64,000 nt of DNA from Naegleria gruberi (lineage: Eukaryota): the NCBI GenBank assembly GCA_000004985.1, contig GG738859.1, one strand, 5' to 3'. Positions 10,648 through 21,313 of this stretch are shown one piece after another. Position numbers and translations under genes: made by a program. Each line of letters starts with the position of its first letter. Positions within the stretch are counted from its first letter, which is position 1. The notes under the pieces are model-generated. The model did no database searches. It had not been told where the DNA came from and saw only the letters and a program-made list of their open reading frames with translations.

Positions 10648-12048
10648 TTATTCTTCTTTTACTTCCTCTTTCTTTTGCTTTTTCTTTTTTGGCTTGTTTT
10701 CTTTTTGTAATTGGGCTCTAACCTCCAATGTCTTACTGAAAGTTTCCTTGTTCAGTTCGATGAAAGGTTGTTGGGATTCCTTCATTACATGTTGCATCAC
10801 CCTCAATGAATCATCACTTGCACCCATACTTCTTCTCTTCTTCAATTCCATTCTCTTTCTTTCTTTTGCTAATTTCTTTTTCTTTGGAGCATTACCGTGA
10901 TATTTGTGTGAGAATTCTCTGTAGGCCTCCTTTGGTGTCAATGAATTACCATGTCGGTCCAAGTGTTCAATTACAAAATCAGCCTCATCATCATATCCAA
11001 GAGCAGTCGGTTTAAGTCTTTCTTCAATGTGAGATCTATCCTTACTTCTACCAACTCTTTTATCCTCCAAAAACCCTTGTAAACTAGCAAACTCAATGGT
11101 GGCAAGTAGGCCATCCGAAACGAGAGGTTCTTTGACTAAGTTTTCAGGTTGAATTATATCTTTCTTTACATCCTCTTCCTCTTTGATTTCTTGTTTTACA
11201 TCCAATATTTCACTATTAGTATTATCAGCATCCACATCCATGTTTACATTGTTTTCCTCATCTTTTGATCTAACTGAAACATTCTTTCTTTTTCTCTTAT
11301 TAATAGTTGCATCTTGAGGCTCTGTTTTTACATTTTCTACAGCTAGGGTTTTTACAAAGTGTTTTGTAGAGTCAAATATTTTTCCAGATATGTTCAAATT
11401 ATCCTCATCTACAAGCATTTTATCAGATCCATGAAGCACCATAGATTCTTCTTGTGCTTTATCAATGGCTTCTTGATAGGTTCTATCTTTTTCCTTTTCT
11501 TCCAATAGATTTTTCTCTTCTCTCTTAGTAAGTCTATTTTCAGATCTTTTTGCCAAGTGGATTTCATCAATTGATGAATTCATTTCCATTAGCTGAAGTA
11601 AATCATCCGTTACACCAATTTGTGATGTTTTTTCCTTCACTCGAATATTCTTAACTTTCTTTTTCTTTAAAGCCTCAAAATCTGAAGCTATTGCTGGTTT
11701 TGATGATGAAAGATCATAAACTTTAGCATTTGGTCTATGTAATTCTTCCTCTTCCTCTTCAAAAGCTAATATTTTCTTTTTTTGCTCCTTTTTTAATTTT
11801 TCTTTTGCTTCTTGATTTTCATCATCAGAATCAATTCCTTGTTTTCTTTTAAATTCTCTTTCTTTTCGTTTTATCTTTGCTAATTCTATTCTTTTTTGTA
11901 TTTCCGAAGCTTCATCTTCCTTCTGATCTACTATTACAGTATTTTTTGTATCATTTCCGACCTTGAGAGGTTTTAATCCGAGTTTTATTCTTTGTTCGTT
12001 TGTTTCCTCGATTGTCAGGAAGAAACTTCCATCACTTGCAATGTGCAT
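10648..12048 (-). CDS. SART1: U4/U6.U5 tri-snRNP-associated protein 1 (SART1/Snu66 family)
   Basis: This is a 466-aa K/E-rich ORF. FFLTIEETNEQRIKLGLKPLKV matches human SART1 LSIEETNKLRAKLGLKPLEV. The C-terminus GNSLTPKEAYREFSHKYHGNAPKKKKLAKERKRMELKKRRSMGASDDSLRVMQH matches [57 protein letters not shown]. Its stop is 11 bp from the lipase stop. Confidence 0.8.
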   Translation of the reverse strand: MHIASDGSFFLTIEETNEQRIKLGLKPLKVGNDTKNTVIVDQKEDEASEIQKRIELAKIKRKEREFKRKQGIDSDDENQEAKEKLKKEQKKKILAFEEEEEELHRPNAKVYDLSSSKPAIASDFEALKKKKVKNIRVKEKTSQIGVTDDLLQLMEMNSSIDEIHLAKRSENRLTKREEKNLLEEKEKDRTYQEAIDKAQEESMVLHGSDKMLVDEDNLNISGKIFDSTKHFVKTLAVENVKTEPQDATINKRKRKNVSVRSKDEENNVNMDVDADNTNSEILDVKQEIKEEEDVKKDIIQPENLVKEPLVSDGLLATIEFASLQGFLEDKRVGRSKDRSHIEERLKPTALGYDDEADFVIEHLDRHGNSLTPKEAYREFSHKYHGNAPKKKKLAKERKRMELKKRRSMGASDDSLRVMQHVMKESQQPFIELNKETFSKTLEVRAQLQKENKPKKKKQKKEEVKEE

Positions 12049-12221
12049 TTTTTTTTAATTTTTTTTAATTTATTTTTGCTTCTTGTTCAAGTTGATTTAC
12101 TAGTATTAACAAACTATTTCATTCTGTTAATTTCTGTAATCGAAGTGCTTACAGTTTGTAGGAGTAAAGGAATTTCAAGGTTTTAATTTAATTATCAAAT
12201 GTGAAATATATAAAATATATA

Positions 12222-12308
12222 CCGATGATAGCTCAGCTGGTAGAGCATGGGACTGTAGCAAGAAAAACTGTCATCCTGTGGTCGGCGGTTCGATTCCGTC
12301 TCATCGGA
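12222..12308 (+). tRNA. tRNA-Tyr (anticodon GTA) with a 14-nt intron
   Basis: The cloverleaf is read directly from the sequence. The acceptor stem is CCGATGA/TCATCGG, the D-arm is GCTCAGCTGGTAGAGC, the anticodon loop is CTGTAG|A with GTA at positions 34-36, and the T-arm is GGCGGTTCGATTCCGTC. The intron CAAGAAAAACTGTC at 12259..12272 sits at the canonical 37/38 position. The 5' half is nearly identical to human tRNA-Tyr (…TAGCTCAGCTGGTAGAGC…GACTGTAG). Confidence 0.85.
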
Positions 12309-12666
12309 TCCTTTTGATTTTGTCTCAAGTGTTTGACAACTATTTTCTTCTTTTGAGAAATACAGTGTGATTCCAATCTCTTTAAGAGAGTAATCATTGC
12401 AACCACCTTCTATTGATAGTGATTGAATAATAAATTGCTCTCTTATTGTTCACAACTTGCTTAATAGATTAATAACACTTACAAAAAGCCACAAATAACG
12501 CCAAATGAGGAAGTCTCATATTTGGACAAAAGCAGCTTGGACTGTATACAACTGTCCAGTGCATCATCAAACCAGCAAGAGCTGATAAAGTTCATCACAC
12601 AAGCTTCCAATTTTGCTGTTAACTGAACTTTTTTGAATCATTCTTAAGGCCAGTAAGAAGAAAAAA

Positions 12667-13068
12667 ATGGGTGGCAGATATAAAGTTATTTCATACAAGG
12701 AGCCTGGTGGTAATCCTTACGTTAAATCTGAAGCAGATGCTCTCCAAGTGACTCAAACCTGTTATCTTGATTCAATCAATCCAAAGGGAGCACAATACAG
12801 ATCCCAAGTTGTTGTCCATTATGACACCAAGATGGAAAAAATCCTTTACCTGCACAATAACAGTGTTGATATCAAACCAGTTGAAAAAGCAATGAAGGAA
12901 GCAAAGACTGGAAAAGATTGTTTGATTGCTCTTAAGAAAGATCTTGGTGATTTCCATGTTGTAGTCCAAGCAATCAGATTTGCTGTGACTGGCAAGATCA
13001 AGGATCCAAACGCACCTAAAAAGAGTGCAGGTGCATCTGGTGGCTTGTCTTCATTATTCAAAAAATAG
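12667..13068 (+). CDS. Hypothetical 133-aa protein with an MGG N-terminus
   Basis: The ORF has an ATG start and codon usage like its neighbours. I recognise no domain. Gly2 leaves N-myristoylation possible but unproven. Confidence 0.45.
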   Translation: MGGRYKVISYKEPGGNPYVKSEADALQVTQTCYLDSINPKGAQYRSQVVVHYDTKMEKILYLHNNSVDIKPVEKAMKEAKTGKDCLIALKKDLGDFHVVVQAIRFAVTGKIKDPNAPKKSAGASGGLSSLFKK

Positions 13069-13380
13069 TAATTCTTCTGCATTAACTCGATTTCATTAAC
13101 TGCTTTCAATAAAAAGAAATCTAATTTTCGGTTTTGAATTACCAACGTTGAAGAGTTGATATCTGTACCCTTCTCAACTATTGCCCCAGAACAGACTTTG
13201 TTTCAGTTATTAATCCATATTCACCTATTTTTCTCTGCACAATTTCTGTTGTTATTATTCGATAACTTTTCAAAACGAAGCCTCCATTTTTTATTAATTC
13301 CAATAAATAATGTTAAGCTAATAATATTCGATTCCTCTTCTATTACATCCTTCTTTGTAACAACTCGATTTTAAATTTCC

Positions 13381-14385
13381 TTATTTCAATTTCACTAGTT
13401 TCAACTCTGGTAAATTAGATTCAGTTGTTGCTTTGGAAAACTCATAGAAATTATAGCTGGCTATAAACGGATTGCTATTAGAAGCAACGTCTATTGTTTG
13501 GTTTGGAATCTTTATACATTTTAGTTCATCTGTTAAATTGCTAAACAAATATTGTAATTGGTCAGGATTTAAAGATAAAATAGCTGGATCATCCTCCTCA
13601 TTAATTACAGTCTTGAATCCTTGCTTTGTATTTTGTAAATTAATTTGGCATAATTGAATTTTATATGGGAATAAATTATTATTATTCATATTGCTATTAA
13701 TATTATTAGCCAAATAGGTTGCCTTAATCAAGCAGGCACCTTTATCAGTCATTATAGGAATGTAGAAAAATAAAATTCCCTTCATATTATATAATTTGAA
13801 TTCACTTCCAGTTTTGGTGATTAGAGATTTAGTTTCTCTCTGATCTAAAGCAATAGTCGAAATGTTGCTATCCAAAAAATTATATTGTTTGCATTCACTT
13901 TTAACTAAATTAACACAATATCTAACTATTAATTCAATATTAATATCTGAATTTAATTGATATATATTTTCATTGCTCTCATTAATTTCTTCGGTAGTTT
14001 CAATAATTTGTAATAAATTATTCCAAACTTGTTGCTCCTCTTGAGTTAAATTATTTAATAAATATCTAGAAATTAACATTATAATAATAGGTAACGGAAT
14101 GGCTGCCATTATAGCATATAAGAATAATTTCCTTCTAAATTCCGATTTATATTTTCTATTATTTGAGGAAGAATTACTTGATCGGTAATAGGATGAGGCT
14201 TGAAATAATTGTTTGTTGCAAGTCTGATGATAATTTTGAACATTTTGATAATTGCTACTACCAACAACAAGCTTATTTCTATTGTTCAATAATATTAATT
14301 TAGTATGATTATGATGATTATTAAAAACTCCAAAATTTGAAAGTATTTTCTTTCCGAGGCTTGTGCTAGCATTAAACTTTTTCAT
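13381..14385 (-). CDS. Hypothetical N/S-rich protein with one predicted TM helix (LFLYAIMAAIPLPIIIMLISRYLL)
   Basis: This is a 334-aa ORF with an ATG start. It is low-complexity and has no recognisable domain. Confidence 0.4.
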   Translation of the reverse strand: MKKFNASTSLGKKILSNFGVFNNHHNHTKLILLNNRNKLVVGSSNYQNVQNYHQTCNKQLFQASSYYRSSNSSSNNRKYKSEFRRKLFLYAIMAAIPLPIIIMLISRYLLNNLTQEEQQVWNNLLQIIETTEEINESNENIYQLNSDINIELIVRYCVNLVKSECKQYNFLDSNISTIALDQRETKSLITKTGSEFKLYNMKGILFFYIPIMTDKGACLIKATYLANNINSNMNNNNLFPYKIQLCQINLQNTKQGFKTVINEEDDPAILSLNPDQLQYLFSNLTDELKCIKIPNQTIDVASNSNPFIASYNFYEFSKATTESNLPELKLVKLK

Positions 14386-14694
14386 TTTTTATTAATACAC
14401 ATTAAATATTTAGATTTAAATATTAAATATTATTGACAAATCGTTATAACAACATCCGATGATGGTTTCCATTATTCTTCATCAAGTATCACCAAATCAA
14501 AGCCTTTACTAACTTCAAAGTACCCACCTATTATTATTATTACATTTTCCATTCACAATCGGATTGAAGGCTAAAACAAAAAAATTGGCACAAACCTGCT
14601 TCAGTTGGAAAGAAACAAAGCTTGATCATCAATACCCTCCGAAACTCTGTCAATATTGAACGTTTTAGATAACCACCACAATAGAACATTGAAG

Positions 14695-15210
14695 ATGAAT
14701 CATTTAGAGAGTGATATTGTACTGTTAGATTCTAGTAATTCTTCTCACTTTATGTGCGATAATTGTTCAACAACAACAACACGACAATACAAGTATTATG
14801 ATGATGGATTATATGAACAAGAACAAACACATTTAACATTAATACCCAATAATATTGATACATCTAATTTAACTATTGATATAACACAAACTATGATAAT
14901 ACACTCCCTTCAAAATATTAAAATTAGTAATAATAGTAGCAACGAAAGTAATAATAATAGTACATTAAAAACATCTTCCGAAGTCCCTCAAGGTGACCAA
15001 AGTAAAACAACAAAACAAAATCCACCATCCTCCACAAATCAACAAAATACCAACGAATGTACCATAATCGATCTTGAACAATCCCCAAATTTCAATGACA
15101 CTATGATAGAAGATGATGATAATTTCGAATATAATGATGAGTTGAATTTCCTGATTTCTAACTTTGATTTAAAGGATAAACAAAATAAATTTATGCCATA
15201 TATTTATTAA
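14695..15210 (+). CDS. Low-complexity N/T/S-rich hypothetical protein (doubtful)
   Basis: The ORF is counted from its first ATG, because the ORF-track start is a TTG. The composition is strongly biased, so it could be non-coding. Confidence 0.25.
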   Translation: MNHLESDIVLLDSSNSSHFMCDNCSTTTTRQYKYYDDGLYEQEQTHLTLIPNNIDTSNLTIDITQTMIIHSLQNIKISNNSSNESNNNSTLKTSSEVPQGDQSKTTKQNPPSSTNQQNTNECTIIDLEQSPNFNDTMIEDDDNFEYNDELNFLISNFDLKDKQNKFMPYIY

Positions 15211-15474
15211 CTGCTAATCCTCAATGATATTGTTTCACATGTGAATGGAATAGACGTGTCATAAATCTAAGAAATATTGGTCCAAGGAAATTTTGCATTG
15301 TAAATAATTGTAAACTACAAATAAATTACGTCATAGGAATATTGAACCATGAACTGTTGCACAATTAAATGAGTTGTACAACATTTCAAGGAGAATAAAT
15401 TTAATGAGGTTTCATCTGTGAGGAGAATATTGAAATACCTCTGATCTTTGTAATCTATAAGCAAATCAAAAAAA

Positions 15475-16710
15475 ATGAAAACATTCAAATTCGACCCACA
15501 AACTCAAGAATGGAAGAGTTACTCAAAAATTGAAGAGTTCAATCAAGTTCCATCCTCATTTCTTTCAATTGATAAATTGACAAGGGAATTTGGATTGAAA
15601 ATTGGCACATTTAATGTGTTATTTGATTTGGTTCCTTTCTTTTTACAATCAATATTGAGAGCAAAAGAAAGGCATATTCATACCATTGAATTATTGAAAA
15701 GAGAAAATTTTGACATTATCATTTTGAATGAAGTTACTGGAAGATTTTTAAATTTAATTGAAAATGATGAATTTTTCAAGAGCGAATATTACTTTAGTGA
15801 TATTATGGAGAGAGATGGTGATGTGAAAAGTGAATTAACTGTGAATAAGAGCATTGGAAAGAGAATGGGAAATCTTGTCTTGTCCAAATTTGCTCCAGAT
15901 TTTACTGAAATGGAGGGTATTAATAAGAGTAGAGCTTTTATTTATAGTTCATTCACTCCTGTGGATGGAAATGGAAGAAGAATTGAAGAAGAAAGGATTG
16001 GTATTGTGGCAACCCATACAAGTGCCTTTACTCATAATGATCAAGTTAGAAAGCAAGAATTGACTAGATTGGTAAATTCTGAACTATTGAAAAATGTTAA
16101 AAATGTTGTAGTTTTAGGAGATTTAAATCTGCATGAAGAACACGAGGATAGGACAATTGAAGCAATTAATTGTAGAGATTTATGGACAGAAACTAGAAGC
16201 AATGGTCTATTTCGTGGATATACATTCGATTCTCTCAATAATTCACTCATTCAAATGCTATTTTTGAATTTTGAAAAGAGAAGAATGCGATTGGACAGAA
16301 TTATTGTAAACTCCTCAAGTTTATTAGGTTGTAATTCTAAAGTTGAGTTGTTTGGGCATGAACCAATTTCAACATATAGAAAACAAGGGTTGACCACAAC
16401 GAACCTACAAACTCCATTGTGGTTTACTTTATTGAGACAATTAGGAATTATTGATTGCAAAACAGACGACTATTTATTCTGCTCTGACCATTTCGGTCTT
16501 AAAACCTCACTAGTTCTTTGTAGCTCAGCCCAAGATTTAAAGAATCTATCTACAGAAATCAAAAATCAAGATGAAACATCAATGAATGAATACAAGGAGG
16601 ACAGTTATGAAAGTGCAAACAAATTCAAATATTCCATCAACTATTTGAGATTGACTCTCTCAATGGTTGTTTTGATTTTAATGGTTGGTTATGGAATTTC
16701 AAAACTGTAA
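15475..16710 (+). CDS. EEP-superfamily phosphodiesterase (TDP2/neutral-sphingomyelinase-like) with a C-terminal TM anchor
   Basis: This is a 411-aa ORF. It has the N-terminal …IGTFNVLFD… motif, the …VVLGDLNLHEEHED… motif and the C-terminal …FCSDHFGLKTSLVL motif that are characteristic of the Mg-dependent EEP nuclease/phosphatase fold. The hydrophobic tail is LTLSMVVLILMVGYGI. Its stop is 3 bp from the stop of the convergent RGS gene. Confidence 0.65.
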   Translation: MKTFKFDPQTQEWKSYSKIEEFNQVPSSFLSIDKLTREFGLKIGTFNVLFDLVPFFLQSILRAKERHIHTIELLKRENFDIIILNEVTGRFLNLIENDEFFKSEYYFSDIMERDGDVKSELTVNKSIGKRMGNLVLSKFAPDFTEMEGINKSRAFIYSSFTPVDGNGRRIEEERIGIVATHTSAFTHNDQVRKQELTRLVNSELLKNVKNVVVLGDLNLHEEHEDRTIEAINCRDLWTETRSNGLFRGYTFDSLNNSLIQMLFLNFEKRRMRLDRIIVNSSSLLGCNSKVELFGHEPISTYRKQGLTTTNLQTPLWFTLLRQLGIIDCKTDDYLFCSDHFGLKTSLVLCSSAQDLKNLSTEIKNQDETSMNEYKEDSYESANKFKYSINYLRLTLSMVVLILMVGYGISKL

Positions 16711-16713
16711 ATT

Positions 16714-18453
16714 TTATTCCTTTTTGAAAACTGTTGATTTTCTCTTTTCTCTATTCGATTTGGACCATTCCAAATACCAAGATCTGTTTGGATATAATTT
16801 TTGATTATCTCTCCATGCCTTATCATAACACTGATCATCCACACTATCTGAAAGTTGTAATTTTTTAGTTCCACCCTCAGTCAATTCATTCATTAGTTTG
16901 TCCATTTTAGTATAAATATCCTTCGTTCTCTTTTTCCAAAACATTTCCAGAATAAGATTAGAATTGTACTTGAAATTAGCATCTCCATACATGACATGCA
17001 CCAATCTGGTCATGTTATCATACATTTTATAGAAAATGTAATAAGACAATGCAAAAGCATCAATTCCATTTTCTTGCCTTGGTAATTCGTCCTGTGAAAA
17101 ATCTCCAGTGTGCATCACGTACATGTACATATCATTGAATGGATCCTTAATCGTTGTTCCAGTCATACAGAAATACCTCTTTTTCACAAACGGAAGTTTG
17201 TAATCCAATCCACTTGTAAGTAATTGGAGGGCATACATTGGTTTGTCAACTGAATTCTCTTTCAGACCTTCTTCACATGGTGGAACATATTTATGTAACT
17301 GGTAATCAGTGTGAGCTTGTGGATCAAACTTGATATGATTATCTCCATGAACCCACATTGCCCAAACATCATCAAATGAATAGGGTAAATACATGACTGA
17401 TTTGAAGAGTTGCATTCCTTTCAGTCTACTCGATGAGAATACGTATGGGGTTTTAGAACAGTATGATTGATAGAGTTTCTTATCTTGAATTAATTTCCAA
17501 TCTGGTGTATCTTCAGCCAATGTAAATCCTATTTTGTAATGAATTTTTTCAATTGAAAATTACAATATTACAAATAGTTCAATATATTAATAATATGGAA
17601 AATAAAACTTACCAAAGTAAATATGATTATCAGAAACTGTCTTATCCATCAAATCGTTTGGTTTAAATCTCAAATCAACATTGACTCCCTTTGAAGAATC
17701 AATAGCAATGGTTCTTGTGAAATTTTCACCCTTTTCTTTTAAAAAGTTCAATAAGAATTGACTTCTCACAAATCTTGGAAATTGATCCATTTTCAAATCC
17801 ATATGAACAGTCAACTCAACTTCATTAAATAATTTCTGATAATCCAACAGTTCAATAATTTCACTACAAAGTGGATACAAATTTGATTCATTGGAATCTA
17901 ATGATCCTTCCTGTGATGAATTAGATGATTCAGTATCATTAATTGAAACTGAAGATGCACTCTTTCCTAGAGTTTCCTTTTCTGATATTAATTTTGTAAA
18001 ATTTTCAAACTTTTCTTGAATTTTTTCATGTTTACCCAACAATTCTCTCTGTATATGACCAATATTTAATTCCTTCTCTGATGATGGTTTAATATAAATA
18101 TTAAATATCGAATTTGACTTGTCTGTTATACGTCTCAGTTGTTTAGTTACTTTTTTTAGTTGTGATTTCTTCTTGAAAGTTGTTGGACGAGAAAATTCTG
18201 TTATGGATGATGTGGAATCACTGTTATTTAGTGTGTCATTCTCTAGCTTGAGTATTTCCATTATTTCGGCAATGGATTTATCATATTCTTTCTTATAATA
18301 TTCCAATTCGTCTAGGAATAGGATAGTTTCATCACTTAAGCTTGTGTTTGTCAAGTATTTTCTAAAACATTCTCTGGATTCCTTTGATTCTATCATCTCT
18401 TCATAGACAACAGAATAATTACGAGGATCAAATGATGCTGTTTTTGCCGGCAT
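16714..18453 (-). CDS. RGS-domain protein with a C-terminal START/Bet-v1-like domain (tentative)
   Basis: There are two exons, 18453..17613 and 17528..16714. The intron is 17529..17612, 84 nt, GTAAGT…AAATAG, and joins …NHIYFG to FTLAEDTPDW…. The RGS-like block is SRECFRKYLTNTSLSDETILFLDELEYYKKE. The first in-frame ATG is at 18453 (MPAKTAS…), while the ORF-track start is a TTG. Assignment of the C-terminal half is tentative. Confidence 0.6.
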
Positions 18454-19933
18454 GTTTGGTTTCGTCTTGTTTTTTTTATCCGAAACAAAAGAATCAATGA
18501 TATTCGTGCGGTTCAATGATGAGGAGCTGTCTTTTTAAAGACCAGATAACAATTTGTTTCTACGATATTTGACAAAATCAAAAGTGGAACAACCAATCAT
18601 CGCAACCATTGTTTGTCATAAGTGATGAATCCTAAAGAAAGATTATTCAAAATGGTTGGTTGCACTCAGAGTCTCAAACATTTGGAATGATGGCCATTAA
18701 ATCTCATGCCTTACTATCATCATCATTAATTGACACTCATGACATTTAATTTGACCAGGAAAGATTTCTTATCTCAAGGCTTGAAATATTTCTATGAAAT
18801 CTCAGACAGACAACCTCATATTTCAATTCCTCTTAATTGTTCCTTAGCAATTGCAAGCAAGATGGTACCGCTCAAAAGTGATAAATTAAAATAAGCTTTA
18901 AAAAGAAAGAGAAAAAATGAAGAGGAGAAAACTAACATTTAACCAGGAAGATGGTGATACACTGAAGAGGCTCCAGAACATATTTTACGGAATTAGTGAT
19001 GATGAAAGGAAAATGGAGGCTTTGATAAAATTGTGTGAGCAAGCAACTAAAGTGAGTTGCGTATCTATTTGTAATGGAAGTCTCATTTGAAGATCAAACA
19101 GTTGGCACTGATACGTTAATAATACCAAAATCAGCACAAGAATTGGAAAATTATTTTACTGAACTTGGTAACCAAATTAACCCTTGAATAAGGATTATAT
19201 TTCTTTTCTTGTTTGGAATTTTCAAACATTAAGTTTTTAGAGCTTCAACTTCGTTTTGGAAACTTGCTCGATACAGCCAATGCTATATCAACAACTTTTT
19301 ATTGTGAATGAGATGAGTTTTGGCAATAACCATTTGAATTTTGGATGTACCTTTCCCTCACGAGTTACCATCAAGATCAACCAAATTTCTTGTTTATCTC
19401 CAAACAATCATCTGAATTAGGTATTTGGGCGGTTAAACTTAATATCTCAACCAAAAAAATGCATAGTTATGCTCTTAAAGACCGTTCTTTCACTTTAGTA
19501 ATTGAGGCACCTCGAAGAACAATTGTGAGATGGATTTATAAAACCATGTTGAAAGATTGTAGGAAGCAATGATGGTTTTGAGAAAAGCTACTCAAATTCT
19601 GTAGCAAAGTAACCTGACCTAATATTTGTCCAGCGAAATATTCAGAAGAACTCATTTCCTTCAACAATTAGTTAAATCCACTCATTTGATTATTTTCATA
19701 CACTTTAGTGTGATGTCTATTAGGTTGAAGAATTTGTTAGTAGATAAGACCTCTAGTGGAAGTTTAGCAATCCCTGTCAGGGACAGAGCATTGAACATGT
19801 TACATTCTCTTCCCTTGAAAAGATCTGAAAGAGTTGCAACATTACATTCCATAGCATGTAATTTTGAAATAGATCTGTACTTGGTTCAAGATTGCACCTT
19901 TATGAAATTAACAACCTAGAAATGTGAATAAAA

Positions 19934-21148
19934 TCATTCTTTTTTGATATTGTTGAAAAGAAAGAAACCTCCAATAGACCCCATTGTTGGTTTTTGGGGA
20001 TTTTTGTTGGGAATTTCAATTTTTTCTTCAATAGTTACAACTTGGTTTAGTTCAAAAGACTCCACAAATTCGAAAACTACATCATGATAAGAACCATTTC
20101 TAATGATTTCCTTAAATAGATGAACTTGATTTGAAGTTAAACCTCTCTTCACAAGAATGAAAATATCTTCTTGACTCGATGAAATATCGATACTGAAACA
20201 TGATCTGTCTGTTTCATATCTTTTCTTATCTGGAACTGTCAACATCTTTTCAAACTCTAATCTTTCAAATGTTGAACGAATAGAGTTTGTGAAAACTTGA
20301 CCTTCCTTTGTCAAAGCTGCAATTCCCCAGTCACCAATCTTTTCAATACTGTCGTAAATCTTATGATACATATTAAAACCGTAATATAAATCTCCTTCAT
20401 GATCCAACGCACACATATCTGATACTTGTCTGAACGAAGATTCCAAATATGAATTATTACTATCCAAATTTTTTCCATCTATAGCATGAAATATCAAGTA
20501 CATCCCATTAAAAAATAAATAATCTGCTCTATTGTATTTATCCCCAAGTTCCCTCTTAATAAGATATCGATCTCTAATGTGTTCAACCTCGTCATTACTG
20601 ACTCTTATCGAATACCAAAATCTTTGATTATTCTTGAAATGCTTTGTGAGTATTGCTACTTGCAAATCAACAATTTTAACATCGAGAATAATTTCATTAG
20701 AAGGTGGAAATTCCATTAGTTGCTCACATGAATAATCCCAATACTTGACATCAGAATATTCTCCCTCAAAAGAAACTCCAGAGGAAACAATCCTACGCTC
20801 AAATTTTGATTTTTTGATTACAAAATACGTAAAATCAATCCCACAATAAACATCTTCAATGTTCGAGAGCGGAATTTCAACCATTCGAGGGATTAGTAAA
20901 TGGCCTTCTTTTTCTTGTCTATATCCGAATGCAGTGGCGTTGTTTAATAAAAAGATGACATGCCTAGCTCCACAAACAATCTTTTTAATGCCTATTTGTT
21001 TAATTTTAGTGAAAGTTTCTTCTGATTTGAATTTGAAAAATTGGAGTGGTGAATCGGTTTGCCTTTTCCTATCTTTTGATACTTTTTTGATGAAAAGATA
21101 GGTCGAGTTCACTCCATCAAGAGAAAAAGAGGTTCTTTGAAATGACAT
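19934..21148 (-). CDS. Hypothetical protein with RCC1-like beta-propeller repeats
   Basis: This is a 404-aa ORF with an ATG start. It has repeat-like blocks IKKIVCGARHVIFLLNNATAFGY, VYCGIDFTYFVIKKS and GDWGIAALTKEGQVFTN. The similarity is weak. Confidence 0.5.
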   Translation of the reverse strand: MSFQRTSFSLDGVNSTYLFIKKVSKDRKRQTDSPLQFFKFKSEETFTKIKQIGIKKIVCGARHVIFLLNNATAFGYRQEKEGHLLIPRMVEIPLSNIEDVYCGIDFTYFVIKKSKFERRIVSSGVSFEGEYSDVKYWDYSCEQLMEFPPSNEIILDVKIVDLQVAILTKHFKNNQRFWYSIRVSNDEVEHIRDRYLIKRELGDKYNRADYLFFNGMYLIFHAIDGKNLDSNNSYLESSFRQVSDMCALDHEGDLYYGFNMYHKIYDSIEKIGDWGIAALTKEGQVFTNSIRSTFERLEFEKMLTVPDKKRYETDRSCFSIDISSSQEDIFILVKRGLTSNQVHLFKEIIRNGSYHDVVFEFVESFELNQVVTIEEKIEIPNKNPQKPTMGSIGGFFLFNNIKKE

Positions 21149-21313
21149 TTTTTTGATTCAAAATTAATAATAAAAAGTATTTTGTAACAAGTTCAGTATG
21201 CCTTGAAGAATTATCTCTGTCACCATTCAATTTTCCTCTCAAAGAATATAGACATTCTTTTGGATAGAAATTTCTTCAGTTCCTGTTTGAGGACTGGAAA
21301 TCCAAATATTTAT

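Noticed and set aside
18917-19090. ATG…GTGAGT mini-exon (MKRRKLTFNQEDGDTLKRLQNIFYGISDDERKMEALIKLCEQATK)
   Set aside because: Every downstream acceptor within 200 nt leads to a stop codon within a few codons. I have no homology support. It is folded into the unexplained-region finding rather than called as a gene.
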